Shown here in pieces: positions 10,848-26,300 of a DNA stretch of 64,000 nucleotides. The stretch is from Eledone cirrhosa. Its lineage: Eukaryota. The first letter of the stretch is position 1. Each line of letters starts with the position of its first letter. Position numbers and translations under genes: made by a program. Where the stretch lies: the NCBI GenBank assembly GCA_964016885.1, contig OZ024746.1, positions 96,906,001 to 96,970,000 on the forward strand, in the 5' to 3' direction. The notes under the pieces are model-generated. The model worked only from the letters and a program-made list of their open reading frames with translations, was not told the origin of the DNA and did no database searches.

Positions 10848-13800
10848 CTGAAATGTGTAATTGAGGACACAGTGTAAATAAAGAGCATAAAATTGGCCAA
10901 ACGTATTCAGATAACAAATATTTTTTTTTTTTTACTGTTCCCATTTCTTTCAGAATGGAGCAAAATCAATGGGAAGATTCACTCTTTTATCTAAATTTAA
11001 AAGAAAAAGAGATCACAGTGCTTTTTATTCTTGCACAAACACTAGGTGTGAAGAGGAAGGTATAATCATGTTTAGACATGACTTAAGTGTTCTCTTCATC
11101 TTTTGTTTGGCAAGTTTTCTAAGTCCTTCCTATTATCAACCACTTTACAGAGTTTATTGTGTGAATTTTATTGTATCCTCAACACTAGAGAGGTTTTTGT
11201 GCCCCAGACCAAACTGAAACGTCTTCTCAAAGCTTTAGTTGTAACAATATTTATTCGAATTCCAGAATAGTGGATTGGCAGTATCGATAGAGCATCACAC
11301 AACATCTGAGCATAGGCTTATGCTCCTTTAGGATCTGAGTTCAAATACTGCTAAGGTTATCTTTGCCTTTAATTCTTTATTTAATTAACTTTCCCACCAC
11401 CACTAATTTTTGGCCTTGTGCCAAAATCAGAAACCAATATCTATTTAAATTCAAACTTTTACATGTTTTAGTCAACATTGCAGTTTAAATGTCTAGATTG
11501 CAGCAAACCAGTAGAATAATAAGAACACTGGCTAGAATGTTTCACAATATTTGTCCTGGTTTTATGACTCTACCCATGACATCCTATAACTCTACCAATG
11601 ACATCCTATGATTCTACCCATGACATCCTATAACTCTACCCATGACATCCTATAACTCTACCCATGACATCCTATAACTCTACCAATGACATCCTATGAT
11701 TCTACCCATGACATCCTATAACTCTACCCATGACATCCTATAACTCTACCAATGACATCCTATGACTCTACCCATGACATCCTATAACTCTACCAATGAC
11801 ATCCTATGATTCTACCCATGACATCCTATAACTCTACCCATGACATCCTATAACTCTACCAATGACATCCTATGACTCTACCAATGACATCCTATAACTC
11901 TACCAATGACATCCTATGACTCTACCCATGACATCCTATAACTCTACCAATGACATCCTATGACTCTACCCATGACATCCTATGACTCTACCCATGACAT
12001 CCTATAACTCTACCAATGACATCCTATAACTCTACCAATGACATCCTATAACTCTACCAATGACATCCTATGACTCTACCCATGACATCCTATAACTCTA
12101 CCAATGACATCCTATGACTCTACCCATGACATCCTATGACTCTACCCATGACATCCTATAACTCTACCCATGACATCCTATAACTCTACCCATGACATCC
12201 TATAACTCTACCCATGACATCCTATGACTCTACCAATGACATCCTATAACTCTACCCATGACATCCTATAACTCTACCCATGACATCCTATAACTCTACC
12301 AATGACATCCTATAACTCTACCCATGACATCCTATGACTCTACCAATGACATCCTATGACTCTACCCATGACATCCTATAACTCTACCAATGACATCCTA
12401 TAACTCTACCAATGACATCCTATGACTCTACCCATGACATCCTATAACTCTACCAATGACATCCTATGACTCTACCCATGACACCCTATGACTCTACCCA
12501 TGACACCCTATGACTCTACCCATGACACCCTATGACTCTATCCATGACATCCTATAATTTTACCCATGACACCCTATGACTCTATCCATGACATCCTATA
12601 ATTTTACCCATGACACCCTATGACTCTACCCATGACATCCTATAACTCTACCAGTTTTAAGGGCCGATGACAAATGGAATAAGAACTTTATTTATCTTAC
12701 CTTCTTGGCAATTTCGTCCCTTTCTATCTTCTGGACAAATACATACATATGACCCATGGTCAGTGGAGGTACAGGTGCCACCACCTTGGCAGGGATTATT
12801 AATGCACATATCTTCATTTTCACAGTATTTTCCTGAAAAGCAACAAAGTAGGATTAATATTCTATTTTAATAAAAGTGGCAATGGATGGAAGTGTTAGTG
12901 GTAGTATTAGTGGTAGTATTAGTGGTGTTAGTGGTAGTATTAGTGGTAGTATTAGTGGTGTTAGTGGTAGTATTAGTGGTGTTAGTGGTAGTATTAGTAG
13001 TGTTAGTGGTAGTATTAGTGGTGTTAGTGGTAGTATTAGTGGTGTTAGTGGTAGTATTAGTGGTGTTAGTGGTAGTATTAGTAGTGTTAGTGGTAGTATT
13101 AGTGGTGTTAGTGGTAGTATTAGTAGTGTTAGTGGTAGTATTAGTAGTGTTAGTGGTAGTATTAGTAGTGTTAGTGGTAGTATTAGTAGTGTTAGTGGTT
13201 GTAATAAATGTCTGCATTGGCAGTTGGAATCATAAGTGGCATTTCTGAAGATTGGCTCTACCAATGGTTGTTGAGAAGTGACAGGTGCCGACTAGAAGCT
13301 CTGTTGTTCAGTGGCTTGACTGATTGTAAGATGGCAGTAAAGTGCATGCAGCTCACCGGATAGATTTTGAGATTATTCAGGATAAGATCTGTCATTAACA
13401 TATCTTATCAGACCCTTTCCTCATCATTGGGAGTTTAAAACATGCTTGTGTGATGGCATCAACACAATTTACTTTATATTTCGTTGATATGATCAATGAG
13501 TTACTCTCTGGGCGATTCTCATGCATCTGTTTTCTTAAAGAGCCACATTAGATTTCATAAATCATAACAAGAACTGACACTCATTGAGGAGACAGTCATC
13601 ATGTTTAATGTCTTGGAGAACTTAAGAGAGTTAAGGAATAACAAGATACAAAGACCTGAAGAAAACAAACATGAAAAAACAGTAAAAGGTAAAATACTTT
13701 ACCGATAAAACCCTCTTGACATATACATTGAACCATCACATTATCCAGCATCAGACAATTGCCTCCGTTCTTACATGGCATACTACTACATGGATTGTTA

Positions 13801-16800
13801 CCACACTCAGCTGAAAGAAAGGAGACTTTATTAAATGAGTGTGTCTTGCTTAGTACAAGCAACATCATTCCTTGTTTCTGTTCTTCCCAATAAATCTTGT
13901 AGAGAAGAAAATTCTATACTACATTGTATACCTGTAGAGAAATTGGTTAAAAAGGAATCATTAGTAGTTATTTTACAAATTGTGATTAATGATCCAGCAA
14001 GAAACAGCTTGGACTCAATATTCATTTAGATATGCTTCCATGAATTTGCTTGGATATATCAACACTCAGATACTGCAAGTAGAGAGAAGAACCCCTTTGG
14101 TGAGGAATGACCAGGGGATTTACACCTAGAAAGTTTCCCTCCAAGGCACAAGTCTGGGCTAGGTTGTTTGTGGAAGACCAGCAGTCACCCATGCATACTG
14201 GTCTCCTCTTTCCACACTACCGATGATGTCCAAGGGAAAGGCTATGGCCGATACAACTACACCACAACAACTTTACAGAGTGCACTGTGTGCATGTATCC
14301 AGTAGATCAGCAACACTAATTAATGGTTTCTAATTTAAGTACAAAGCTAAAGGTTTGAAGGGGAGGGGTTAGTAGATTATATCTACCCCAGTACTTTACT
14401 GGTATTTTCTTTGATCAACAATGGAAAGATGAAAGCAAAGTTGACCCTAGTGGGATTTGAACTCAGAATGTAAAGAGCCAGAAGTATGTCACAAACCATT
14501 CTATCTGATGCTCCTATGATTTTGCCAATCTACCAGCCTTATGATTATGATAATAATTGTTTCTACTTTTGGCACAAGGCCAGCAATTACCCAGTGCATT
14601 ACTGGTACTTTATTTTATCGACCCCGTAAGGATGAAAGGCAAAGTTAACCTCGGTGGGATTTGAACTCAGAACGTAAAGAGCCGTAACTCTATGCTGTAA
14701 AGCATGGTGTCTGATGCTCTACCGATACTGCCAATTCACAACCTTCATGATTATGATAATAATAATAATAATAATTGTTTCTACTTTTGGCACAAGGCCA
14801 GCAATTACCCCAGTACTTTATTTATCGACCCCCAACAGGTACTGGTGATAATTCAACTACATTGATTATAACCATACACAACACTATAAATTTGTGTCAT
14901 AAAATTTGTTTCTTTCAGCGTTGTACATTTTTAACAATTAGCTTGATCTGGGGCTTTGTATTAAAACTAAATTTGAGTGTTTTTTTAATAAAATATTGTT
15001 ATATTTGGGGAGGGTTATGTTATCCTTAATATTGGCCAAATACAACAATATATGTTTCAACACATAATTTCATATCAAAAACTTTGCAAAACAAATACAT
15101 CGACACTATTTTTAGTAAAAATATTTAGAAAAGTTAAATTCACTTCACATTTATTTCCTGGTGTCAAAATTCTACAACTATACATTGTATTTTCTTTTGA
15201 TTTTGTTGTTTTATTTTAGGTAAAATCCACTTTATGAAGTGTCTGTAAGTCCTAGGCAAGTTCATCGTAATCATCATCTAGAGCATCAGACACCATCCTT
15301 TACATCCTTTACATCCTGAATTCAAAGCCGGTCGAGGTTAGCTTTGCCTTTCATTGCTGCGGGGTCGATAAAATAAAGTACCAGTAAAGCACTGGGGCCG
15401 ATTTAATTGATTTTCACATCCCCCAAAATTACTGGCCATGTGACTAAATCAGAAACTATTATCATTTTATGTCTATTTCCGATGCTTGCATGAGTTTGAT
15501 AGGTTACTGTGCTCTGTGGCTAGTCAGGCAGGTCAGATGACTGTGTCTTGCTCATAAATTTGATTTTGCCATAGTTTCCTTGTTAATAATAGATGATTTT
15601 TTGTGACTAAAACCTCTCATCCTTAGAGATACAAATGTTTGCTATGTTTATACCTGCAATATATTCCAATTAGTTTTCTCTTCAGTCATCATCAGACATC
15701 TTATTCCCAGTTGTATATATTACAACAGGTTGTATTTCAACTATCAATCTATATTCCTTAACTACGTATAATGGCATTCTTATTCACTAGACCATTTACC
15801 TAAACAGTTTTAAATAATGTGGTATTTAACATACATAGTCCAAAAATATATATTTTCAATTATAACCCTTTAGCATTTAAAATGGCCATATACAGCCAGA
15901 ATTCTTTCACCACTTTCTGTTCAAACCGGTCATAACTGGCCACTCATAACGATGTTATGGTATTGTTCTCCAAATAAATAATATCAAAATCTCATAGAAT
16001 TGATATTATGTGAGATAATTATGTGAGATAAAGCATTTTCTGTGAAAACACAATAGTAAATATAGAGTAATGTAAATGGTAAAGGGTTAAAGACAGGATT
16101 TAGTTTGAGATTTCATTGCTATTTCTAGCAGGACAAATATAAAAGTTTCTTCATTAGCTAGTGAAAGGATATAAAGATGATATGAAAGGTAGAAACCTAG
16201 ATCTACTCAGTTAATAACGTCACAAATATAATAATTAATATAGAGTAATGTAAATGCTAAAGGGATAATGTAGAAAATAATATGTTTAACCCTTTATCAT
16301 TTACATTACTCTATATTTACTATTGTGTTTTCACAGAAAAGGCTTTATCTCATATATTGAAATATACAGGGTTACCATAAAAACACTCCTTGATTTCAAA
16401 TACTTATAATATCAAAACTTAAATGAATATTCTTACAATATTGGTTGCTACAGTTGCTTAAACTAACAAAGTTTCATTCTTCTTTAGAAGAATTGACTCA
16501 ATCTGCTAGATGGCAGTGTAATTCAAGATGGCATTCACTCCACAACAACATAGCTGGTGTGTTTTTTTGGTCACCCTGTAGTCATCATCATTGTTTAATG
16601 TCCACTTTCCACACTAGCATGGGTAATGTAGATATAAATATTGAGAAATATTTAAGCTTTTATACTGTTCCCACTATTACAGAAAGAGAAAGTTGCTCCA
16701 GGTAGAGCTATTACTTCTCCACATCGAGAGATCACAGTTCTGCTACTGCAGACATGTGACAAGAATTTCTAAGGAAAGAATCACAGGGCAGATCTTAGGG

Positions 16801-19800
16801 ACAAAGTCAACCAGCATGAGACCAAGCAGTAGACCATGAACAAGGTGGTTGGATAACATCCATAACCTTGGTTGGTCTCACATCCGGTTGGATAATTTGG
16901 AGACATTTGCTTCTGGTTAGATCTTCTGGAAGGTTTGAGAACTCTAAACGAAATACCAAGGAGTAATGGGGTAAATTAACATTTTTATTACTATATTTCT
17001 AATGAAAGACACTGCTTTGGAAAGATCTAGTAATATAACTAACTTTTGCATTATTAAACTTGTGTTTTTAACTAAACCCTTAAGTATTTACATTACTCTA
17101 TATTTACTATTATATTTTCACTGTAAAGGCTTTACCTCATATATTATCGAATCTATGAGATTTTGATATTATTTTTTTGGAGAACAATACCATAATATCA
17201 GTATGAGTGGTTGGTTACAGCTGGTTTGAACAGAAAGAGGTGAGAGGATTCTGGCTGGATATGGCCGGTTTAAATGCTAAAGGGTTAACAAAGGATTTTA
17301 CATAAAATTATAAGGCAAGATTTTTAGATAAATATAAACATTGTAAATGTGGTTGGTGTTAGGAAGGGCATCCAGAGACACTTCCGTACGAGCGAGACAC
17401 GGTCTCCCGACCATCCCCGCATCAAATAGAACAAAACCGTCTAACCCATGCTAGTGTGGAAGATGGACGTTAAACGATGATAATGATAGACAATTTAAAA
17501 TAAGTTTTGTCTTGTAGAAGCATAGATGATTTCAAGCAGTTTGTTATCAAACTGGCCATTACTGAAATTGTAGGTCTTGACACTTGTTTCAATATGTTTT
17601 TTTTGTTTCGAGAAATCATTAAGTTGAAAAAATTTGTAAGAGTTTATTTAAAACTTGATAAAGATGTGGCCATAATCATGGCTACCACCAATACAACCAC
17701 ATCTACACACTCTGTCACCTTCAGTTGTCATAGTAATAGCATAACTATTGTTACCACTACCATGACTAGCACCAATACTAACTCAGCTATACCACCATCA
17801 CCACCACCGTCATCACTACAAACACTGCCACCATCACCACCACCACCACCATCACTACTAACACTACTAACACTGCCACCATCACCACCATCACCACCAC
17901 CATATTGACCACTGTAAAACCTCATCACCACCGCCACCACCACCACCATCACCGCTACTAACACAATCACTACCATCACCATCATCACCATCAACACCAC
18001 ACCCACCACCATCACCACCACCACCACTACTAACACAATCACCACTGTCACCACCACCATCACCATCACCACCACCTCCACACCACTGCCACACCCACCA
18101 CCATCACCACTACTAACACAATCACTACCGTCACCACCACCACATCACCATCACCACTACTAACACAATCACTACCGACACCATCACCACCACCATCAAC
18201 ACCACACCACCGCCATCACCACCACATCACTACCTCCACCACACCACCACCATCACCACCACACCACCACACCATCACCACCACACCACTACCATCACCA
18301 CTCCACCACCATACCACTACCATCACCACCACTATCAACACCACACCACTACCATCACCACCACCTCCACCACACCACCACCATCACCACCACACCACTA
18401 CCATCACCACCATCACCTCCACACCACCACCATCACCACCACACCACTACCATCACCACTCCACCACCACACCACCACCACCACCACCACCACACCACCA
18501 CCATCACCACCACCACCACCACACCACTACCACCACCACCACACCACTATCCACACATATCCATCACCTTTGTCAAACCTGCCTATCCGCAATAACCACT
18601 AGAAACAATAATGGTTGCTATGATGAATCTTATTGTTATTGCCACCTACTTCATCTTAAATAGATGTTATGTTTCAGCATCATTAGCTGCTGTATTTCCA
18701 GTCAATGCTGCTGTCCCTATTGATCCTTTAATTATGACAACCAGTTCAGCTTTTGCAACTATTACAACATAGGATGCAGTCAAGCGTGTCAGAAGAATGG
18801 TATCTAATTTTAGCACAAGGCCAACAATTTTGGAGGAGAGGAAAGTTGATTAAATAGACCTCAGTATTTAGTTAGTACTTAACTTTATTGACTGCCAGAA
18901 GGATGAAAGGCAAAGTTGACCATGGTAGGATTTGAACATAGAGGGTAAAGAGCCGTAACTTAATATCTTAACCCTTTAGTTACCAACCTGGTCAAAACCA
19001 GCCCCGGTTCTATGAAATAAAACCACCCATTTTAAAGATTTCCAATTTAAATTAAAATCTTCCAACATAATTTTATATACGGACCTTACTTTAAGTCACT
19101 ATCTTAGTAATGAAATAATAAATAATTGTTTCTATTTTTGGCACAAGGCCAGCAATTAACCAGTGCATTACTGGTACTTTATTTTATCGACCCCGTAAGG
19201 ATGAAAGGAAAAGTTAACCTCGGCGGGATTTGAACTCAGACCATAAAGGACCATAACTATATGCTGCAAAGCATGTTGTCCAACCCTCTACCGATACTGC
19301 CAATCTACCACCCATGAAATAATAAATAATTGTTTCTACTTTTGGCACAAGGCCAGTAATTACCAAGTACATTACTGGTACTTTATTTAATCGACCCCGT
19401 AAGGATGAAAGGCAAAGTTAACCTCAGCGGGATTTGAACTCAGAATGGCAAGGGCCGTAACTCTATACGTCAAAGCATGGCGCCCGACCCTCTACCGACA
19501 CTGCCAATCCACCGCCATGAAATAATAAATAATATTAGTAAATCCTTTGGTTTTAGTAAATCCCTCAAAATTCTTCATTAATTAATTAAAATAGACTGTA
19601 TTTCATTAGAAATCATCATCATCATCATCCCCGTTTTACATCAATTTTTCCACACAGTCATGAAAGGGTTAAGACATTTAATTTAGTGTTTTAATGATTC
19701 AACTAATTTAATCATTTTGTTGCCATATTTCTAATTTAACTAGAAAGGAATGGAGTTCTGTTGGTTTTGATGATGAGCGGCATTACAATTGTTCAACCAA

Positions 19801-21010
19801 TGGAACAGCCTGCTCATGAAATTAATGCACATTCCACAGACATGTGTGCACTTAATGTAATTTTCAGGGAGATTCAGCATGGCATAGTATGTGGCCAGGC
19901 TGGCCCTATCTGTTGGGTTTCCAAACAGTTTCCCATCTATTCAGTTTCACTCAAAAAGCTTAAATTGACCCAAGGTTGTAGGAAATGATAATTACCCAAG
20001 ATGCCACACAATGGGATCAAACCAAAGACCAGATGATTGTGAAACAAACTTGTTAACCATTTGACCATGATAAATACACTGCTTATGTTTCCCTCACGAT
20101 ATTGCCAGGAATAAGTGGGCGAAGTGGAGAGAAGATCAAATATTTGAAGGAATTTAGTATTGTAACTAACCTTTTCATTAGTAAGCTGATGTTTAGGCCT
20201 TAATTAATAAATATTTCTTTAATGAAATTATGATTGAAGTTTTAAATATAAATATGAACATATTAAAAGAGTCAGTTTTGTATAATAAAACCAGAACAGT
20301 TTCAGGCAAGTTGATATCAAAGGGGTTAAATTAATTTGATTTCACCATAAATTGTTGTACAGCCTTGAAAAACATTGTGTTCCCAGTTGAACTGACATAT
20401 GAATAAAGACTTTCGAGACATAAAGACATGACCATCCCATCTTTTCAGACATAGTTTATCTTCTGTTATATTATCCAATATGCACTTTTTTAAAACATGC
20501 CGCATGTGGCCCTTTATAGGCACACCTGCGACCCGCAGAAAGGGTTTTACAGCACAAGCATGTTTTATCTTCGTATTACAAAATTTAAAAAAATAAGCCA
20601 GAGAAAGGATAGAAAGGTTCCTTAATAAGCCAGAGAAAGGATAGAAAGGTGATATAAAAAGTACATACCTATATCTACACCGTCAATAACGTCACCAAGT
20701 TCATCAGGATATGCTAATCGGTAGGTGTAAGGACTCTGTCGTTTGCCAGCAATTACCTTCCGAATGCAGCCAACTAGACCAACTTCGACATCAATGCGAC
20801 TTTTAACCCTGAACAGGAAGAGTACAAAAAGAAATTAGACAATTTAAAGGAGGCAGAGGAGGAGAAGGAGGAGCAGGAGGAGCAGGAGGAAGGGGAGGAG
20901 GAGGAGGAGAAGAAGAAGAAAATATCCTTCAAGGGTGAGGAGAGAGAGTGAGGGAGATAGAGAGTGGGGGAGTGAAAGAGAGAGAGAGAGAAAGAGAGAG
21001 ATATAGAGAA

Positions 21011-21042
<32 letters not shown>

Positions 21043-21107
21043 CGGGAGTGAAAGACAGAGAGAGAAAGAGAGAGAGAGAAAGAAAGAGAGAGAGAAAGAG
21101 AGAGTGG

Positions 21108-21170
<63 letters not shown>

Positions 21171-23296
21171 AATCGAACCCGGTACTGGACTGAAAGGCAA
21201 TGTTGACCTCAGTGGGTTTTAAATTCTGAGTAAAGAGTTGGAATGAATACTGCAAGGTATCCTAACAACTCTGCCAATCCATCCCCTTCATTTCATTATA
21301 GTTTTACCTTTCACATCTTAATCTTTACCATGCTAGAAATGTTTATGAATTGCTTCCATTGAGCCTGCAATATGTATTAAGGGGAGGTTACTCTATCGGC
21401 AACGTAATGTGTCTGGTGCATCCAAAAGGTTAATATCTTAATTTCATCAGTTATTAACCATTTTGATATGAACCCAGACAAAAATTAGCCCTCGTTCTAT
21501 GAAACAAAACCATTTATTTTAATGTCTCAGATAATGCCTTACTCTTTTACTCTTTTACCTGTCCCAGCCATCCGGCTGAGGCCATGCTGGGGCACCACCT
21601 TCTGTCAGAAAATGATGTCTTCTGATGGTACTGAATAATTTAACCCTTTAACATTTACATTACTCCATATTTACTATTGTATTTTTGTGGTAAAGGCTTT
21701 ACCTCACATAATCATCTCACATAATATTGAATCTATGAGATTTTGATGTTATTTATTTTGAGAACAATATCTTAACATCAGTATGAATGGCCCATTATGG
21801 CCAGTTTGAACAAAAGGAGGTCAGAGAATTCTAGCCAGATACGGCTGGTTTAAATGCTAAAGGGTTAAATCGAAATCTTCCAATATAATTTCATATCAGA
21901 ATCCTATGTTAGTTACTATCTTAGTAATGAAATAATAATTATTTCATTTCAATTAAGGGACGGTGGATTGGCAGTATTGGTAGAGGGTTGCCGGTTTAGT
22001 CGCTGGCGACCCGACCATGCGACAGGTTGTAATGGGTTACATGTTACCAGTAACACTCAAGAGTGACCCGACCATACATACATACATATATACATACACG
22101 CACACACATACATACAGGCACACTCACATATATACAGTCAGACAGACAGACAGATGGGTATACAAAAGAAAGAAAAGAGAAGTTGATATGCTTTGTACAA
22201 CCAGTTTGACATATATCTGCATTATTTAAATTTCCTCCGTAATGAGAAATAAACTCTTAATTATTCAAGCGTGACCTTACAAGTTCTCTAGCATTGGTGT
22301 CAAAATATAAAATATAGGGTAGGGTGAGTTCTTCTGTCACGTCAATGACTTGACAATCTCTCGCTATAATAATACATACCGAGTACTCTCGGTAAAGTGG
22401 TTATTATTAGAAATGGCATCCATCTGTAGAATCTATGCCAAATCTGGACTGTAAGCACCATATGGCCTGCTGCTTGTCTATGAGGATGGTAGTTCTGAAC
22501 AGTTAGGACTGTAGTAACCCATTTAACTCATACCAGCATAGAAAAGCAAGCATAAAATACAAATGATGAAATGATGATGTATTTTCGTTTATTTTCCTAA
22601 CATTTGTACATTATTCTATGTACTATACATGCACCTTTGATGAGTTGTAATGCACCTGAGCACTGTATACAATAATTTCATTATTATTATTTTATTATTA
22701 TTATTATTATTTTTTTTTTATTTCTGTGAAACACTGAATAATTGTTTCTACTTTTGGCACAAGACCATCAATTACACGAGTGTATTACTGGTACTATATT
22801 TTATCGACCCTGTAAGGATGAAAGGCAAAGTTAGCCTTGGCGGGAAACTCTGAATAATGCAATCCCAAGTCATACTGTTTATACAAACAAATAATATATA
22901 CATATATATATACATTATATATATATATATATATATATATAAGTTATCCCGGGTTGAATCGGGGGGGTAACCACAGTAAGTAAGGTACTCAATACATAGC
23001 AGAGTATAAATGTTTTAATATAGAAAAGCTTTTCATTCGTGATGATTTCTCATGAATGAAACAGTTCTAGTCCTGTAGAAGCTTTTCTATATTAATATAT
23101 ATATATAGGAACGAGTAGGACCCCGACGGCTGAGCTCAAGCCGTTTCGATGGCTAATTCAGTCCAGAATTAGCCGTCGAAATGGCTTGAGCTCAGCCGTC
23201 GGGGTCCTACTCGTTCCTATTACCCACTCTACTACCCTAAGTATTGAGTACTTTGGTGCGTTATGGTCCACCTGGTTCCTTACCACATTTCCTTTG

Positions 23297-23342
<46 letters not shown>

Positions 23343-23350
23343 TATATATA

Positions 23351-23381
<31 letters not shown>

Positions 23382-26300
23382 CTTTCTTTGTATTTTGTTC
23401 CATGCATGTTTATATTTTTTATTGTTGGCCTTGCTGTATATCATCATCATCACCGTTTTACGTCCGTTCTTCCACGCTAGCATGGGTTAGACGGGTTGTC
23501 CTGTGGTGGGCAGTGTCTGGTCGGCTGACCATGCCTTGCTCATACAGGAACTGATCTGGCTTGATTTCTACAGCTGGATGCCCTTCCTAACACCAACCTC
23601 ATTTATAGTGAGTGCTGGGTGCTTTTTCGTGGCGCCTACACGTCCACTTTACAGTGTGGGCTGGGTGCTTTTTTGCCGTGGCACCTCCACGACCACCTTG
23701 CGGAGGGGGGTGTGGGGGCATATTGTTTATATGCTTCAGCATGTACCCATGGGAGGTCGGGTACTCTGTATTACTGCGTGACGCCAGAAGTCACGGTCGT
23801 CTGTCATTGTCTTTGAGAGGTGTAGTTGGGTAAGGTCGGCTTTTATCACCTCATCCCAGGTCATCTTGGGTCTCCCCACTCCGCGGTTTCCATCAACTTC
23901 TAGTGCTCTGCACCTTTTTATGCAGCTGTCATCCTTCATACGCATCACATGTCCATACCGGCGCAACTGCCTCTCCTGCACACAGCATTTGATTCCTCTT
24001 ATGCTCAGTCTCTCTCTCAATTCATTTATGCTTTGTCGTTCACGTATATTACTGTTACACATCCATCGGAGCATGCAGGCTTCGTTTCTCTCTAATCTAC
24101 GTAAGTCTTCCACCTTCAGCGCCCAGGTCTCACTACCATGCAACATCGGTGTTCGGATACACGCATCATACAGTCTGCCTTTCATTCTGAGGGAAAAGCC
24201 TTTTGCAGCTAGCAGTGGTAGTAGTTCCCTAAACTTCTTCCATCCCGTTCTTACCCTAGTTATTGTACTTTCTGAACACCCACCTCCGTTGCTAATTCGG
24301 TCACCTAGGTAGCAGAAGCTGTCTACTGTTTCTACAGGGCCCTCCCAGAGATTGGTGGTACTTGTTTCCTGTGGCTGTTTGCTGCTTGCTGTTTCAGCAC
24401 AGCTGCTGCATGTGAATCCTACATTCTTAATTAAACTTCCTGAGATCCCGCTACATCTCTTGTGTACCCATTGTTTGCATTTGGGGCAGAGAATGGAGTT
24501 CCTACCTACACCTTTCCTACATACTGAGCAAGGCCATTTCCCTGAGGGGATCTGGGTTCTGTTTTCTCGTCTACTTACAAGGACCTTAGTCTTTGTCATG
24601 TTGACTTTGAGACCCTTTCTTTCTAGTCCCTGCTTCCAGGTTTGGAATTTATTCTCTAGTTCTACCATAGATTCAGCTATGAGTGCGAGGTCATCAGCAT
24701 ACAGGAGTTCCCATGGGCATCCGGTCTTAAACTCCTCTGTTATTGCCTGCAGGACTATGATGAACAGGAGAGGGCTAAGAACAGAGCCCTGGTGGACCCC
24801 AACCTGTACGCTAAATTCCTCGCTATACTCATTGCTAATCCTAACTTTGCTGACTGCTCCCCTATACATGGCTTGTACCGCTTTCACAAGCCATTCATCT
24901 ACTCCTAGTTTTCTAAGAGCCCACCAGATTACCGCACGTGGAACTCTGTCAAAGGCTTTCTCAAGGTCGACAAATGCCAAGTAGAGTGGCTTACTTTTAG
25001 CTAGGTACTTTTCCTGTAATTGCCTCACAAGGAAGAGGGCATCAGTGGTGCCTCTTCCTGGTACAAACCCAAATTGCATCTCGTCTATTTTCACCCGGTC
25101 CCTAATCAGCTGTGCTATAACTCTTTCTGTTACTTTCATGACCTGGTCCATCAACTTTATACCTCTATAGTTTCCTCTATCTAGTGCATCACCTTTACCT
25201 TTGTAGCAGTTGACAATGATGCTACTGCACCAATCTTTTGGTATGGCCCCTTCTAGTATTACCTGGTTAACGATACGTGTGCTTATAGTGTGACCTACAG
25301 ACCCAGATGCCTTCAGCATCTCGGCAGCTATCCCCGATGGACCGGTTGCCTTCCCCATCTTCATATCTCTGATTGCCTTACTTACTACGCTGCCGCTAAC
25401 TTGTACTGCTGGTCCCTCTATAGGGTCTACTTGGGGTAGGGTCTCTTCTTCCCATGCATTCTCCTCATTTAGTAATCTATCATAATGACTCTTCCATGCA
25501 TCTTTCTTCTCAGCACTTGTGAGGGCAAGCTCACCTTTATCATTCCGGATACACTTCTCTCCAATGACATCACAACTATCTCTGACACACTGCCTCGCAA
25601 TCTTGAATACCTCCTGTTTCTGGTCCTCACGTTGTAAAACATGCTTGAATTTTCTATCCTCTGCTTCCCTCCTAGCTAAGTATATTTGTCGCCTAGCTTC
25701 CCTCTTGGTCTCTATGTAATGTACCCTGCTCCCCCCATTCTTCCATTTTTTCCATGCCTGTCTCTTGGCCTTGACTGCTTCATCTACCTTATTGTTCCAC
25801 CACCAAGTCACTCTCCTCCTGCTTGAGGTCTTACTCCAGCCACAGACCTCGTCCGTCGCCTCTAGTAAATTATTTTTTAGGAACTCCCAGTTCTCTTCTA
25901 CATTAAATGTCTCTATCTGTTCTTCTTTACTGTCGTAGGCGTTGAGTAAAATATCTTTAAATCTGTTACTGGTTGAGGGGACTTTCAGCTTCCAGATCTT
26001 TCTTCTCCAGGTTGGCCTCTGTTTCAGGGCTCGTCTAGTTCTGACCGTGAGGTTGCTGACAACTAAGCTATGTTGGGATGTACATTCCTCACTAGGGAAG
26101 GCTTTTGTGTTTACGACCGTCCATCTGTCACGTCCTCTGATGAGGATAAAATCTAACTGAGTAGAGTGCTCCCCTGATCTATATGTGATCAGGTGGTTGT
26201 CGGGTTTTTTAAAGTTTGTGTTACATATCGACATGTCATTGGCGTCGCAGAATTCTAGAAGTCTGAATCCTTCCTCATTCCTTGTGCCAACTCCATGGCC

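Noticed and set aside
11563-12652. Regular short repeats resembling a CRISPR array
   Set aside because: Head-to-tail tandem units with no unique spacers, no cas genes, eukaryotic intron
12854-13264. Low-complexity ORFs on both strands (poly-TN, VLVV, SGSIS), possibly a mucin-like agrin exon
   Set aside because: Products of a 21-bp minisatellite without splice support; flanking EGF exons already join in frame
17507-18094. Pro/Gly/Val-rich ORFs
   Set aside because: Translation of the (ACC)n tract
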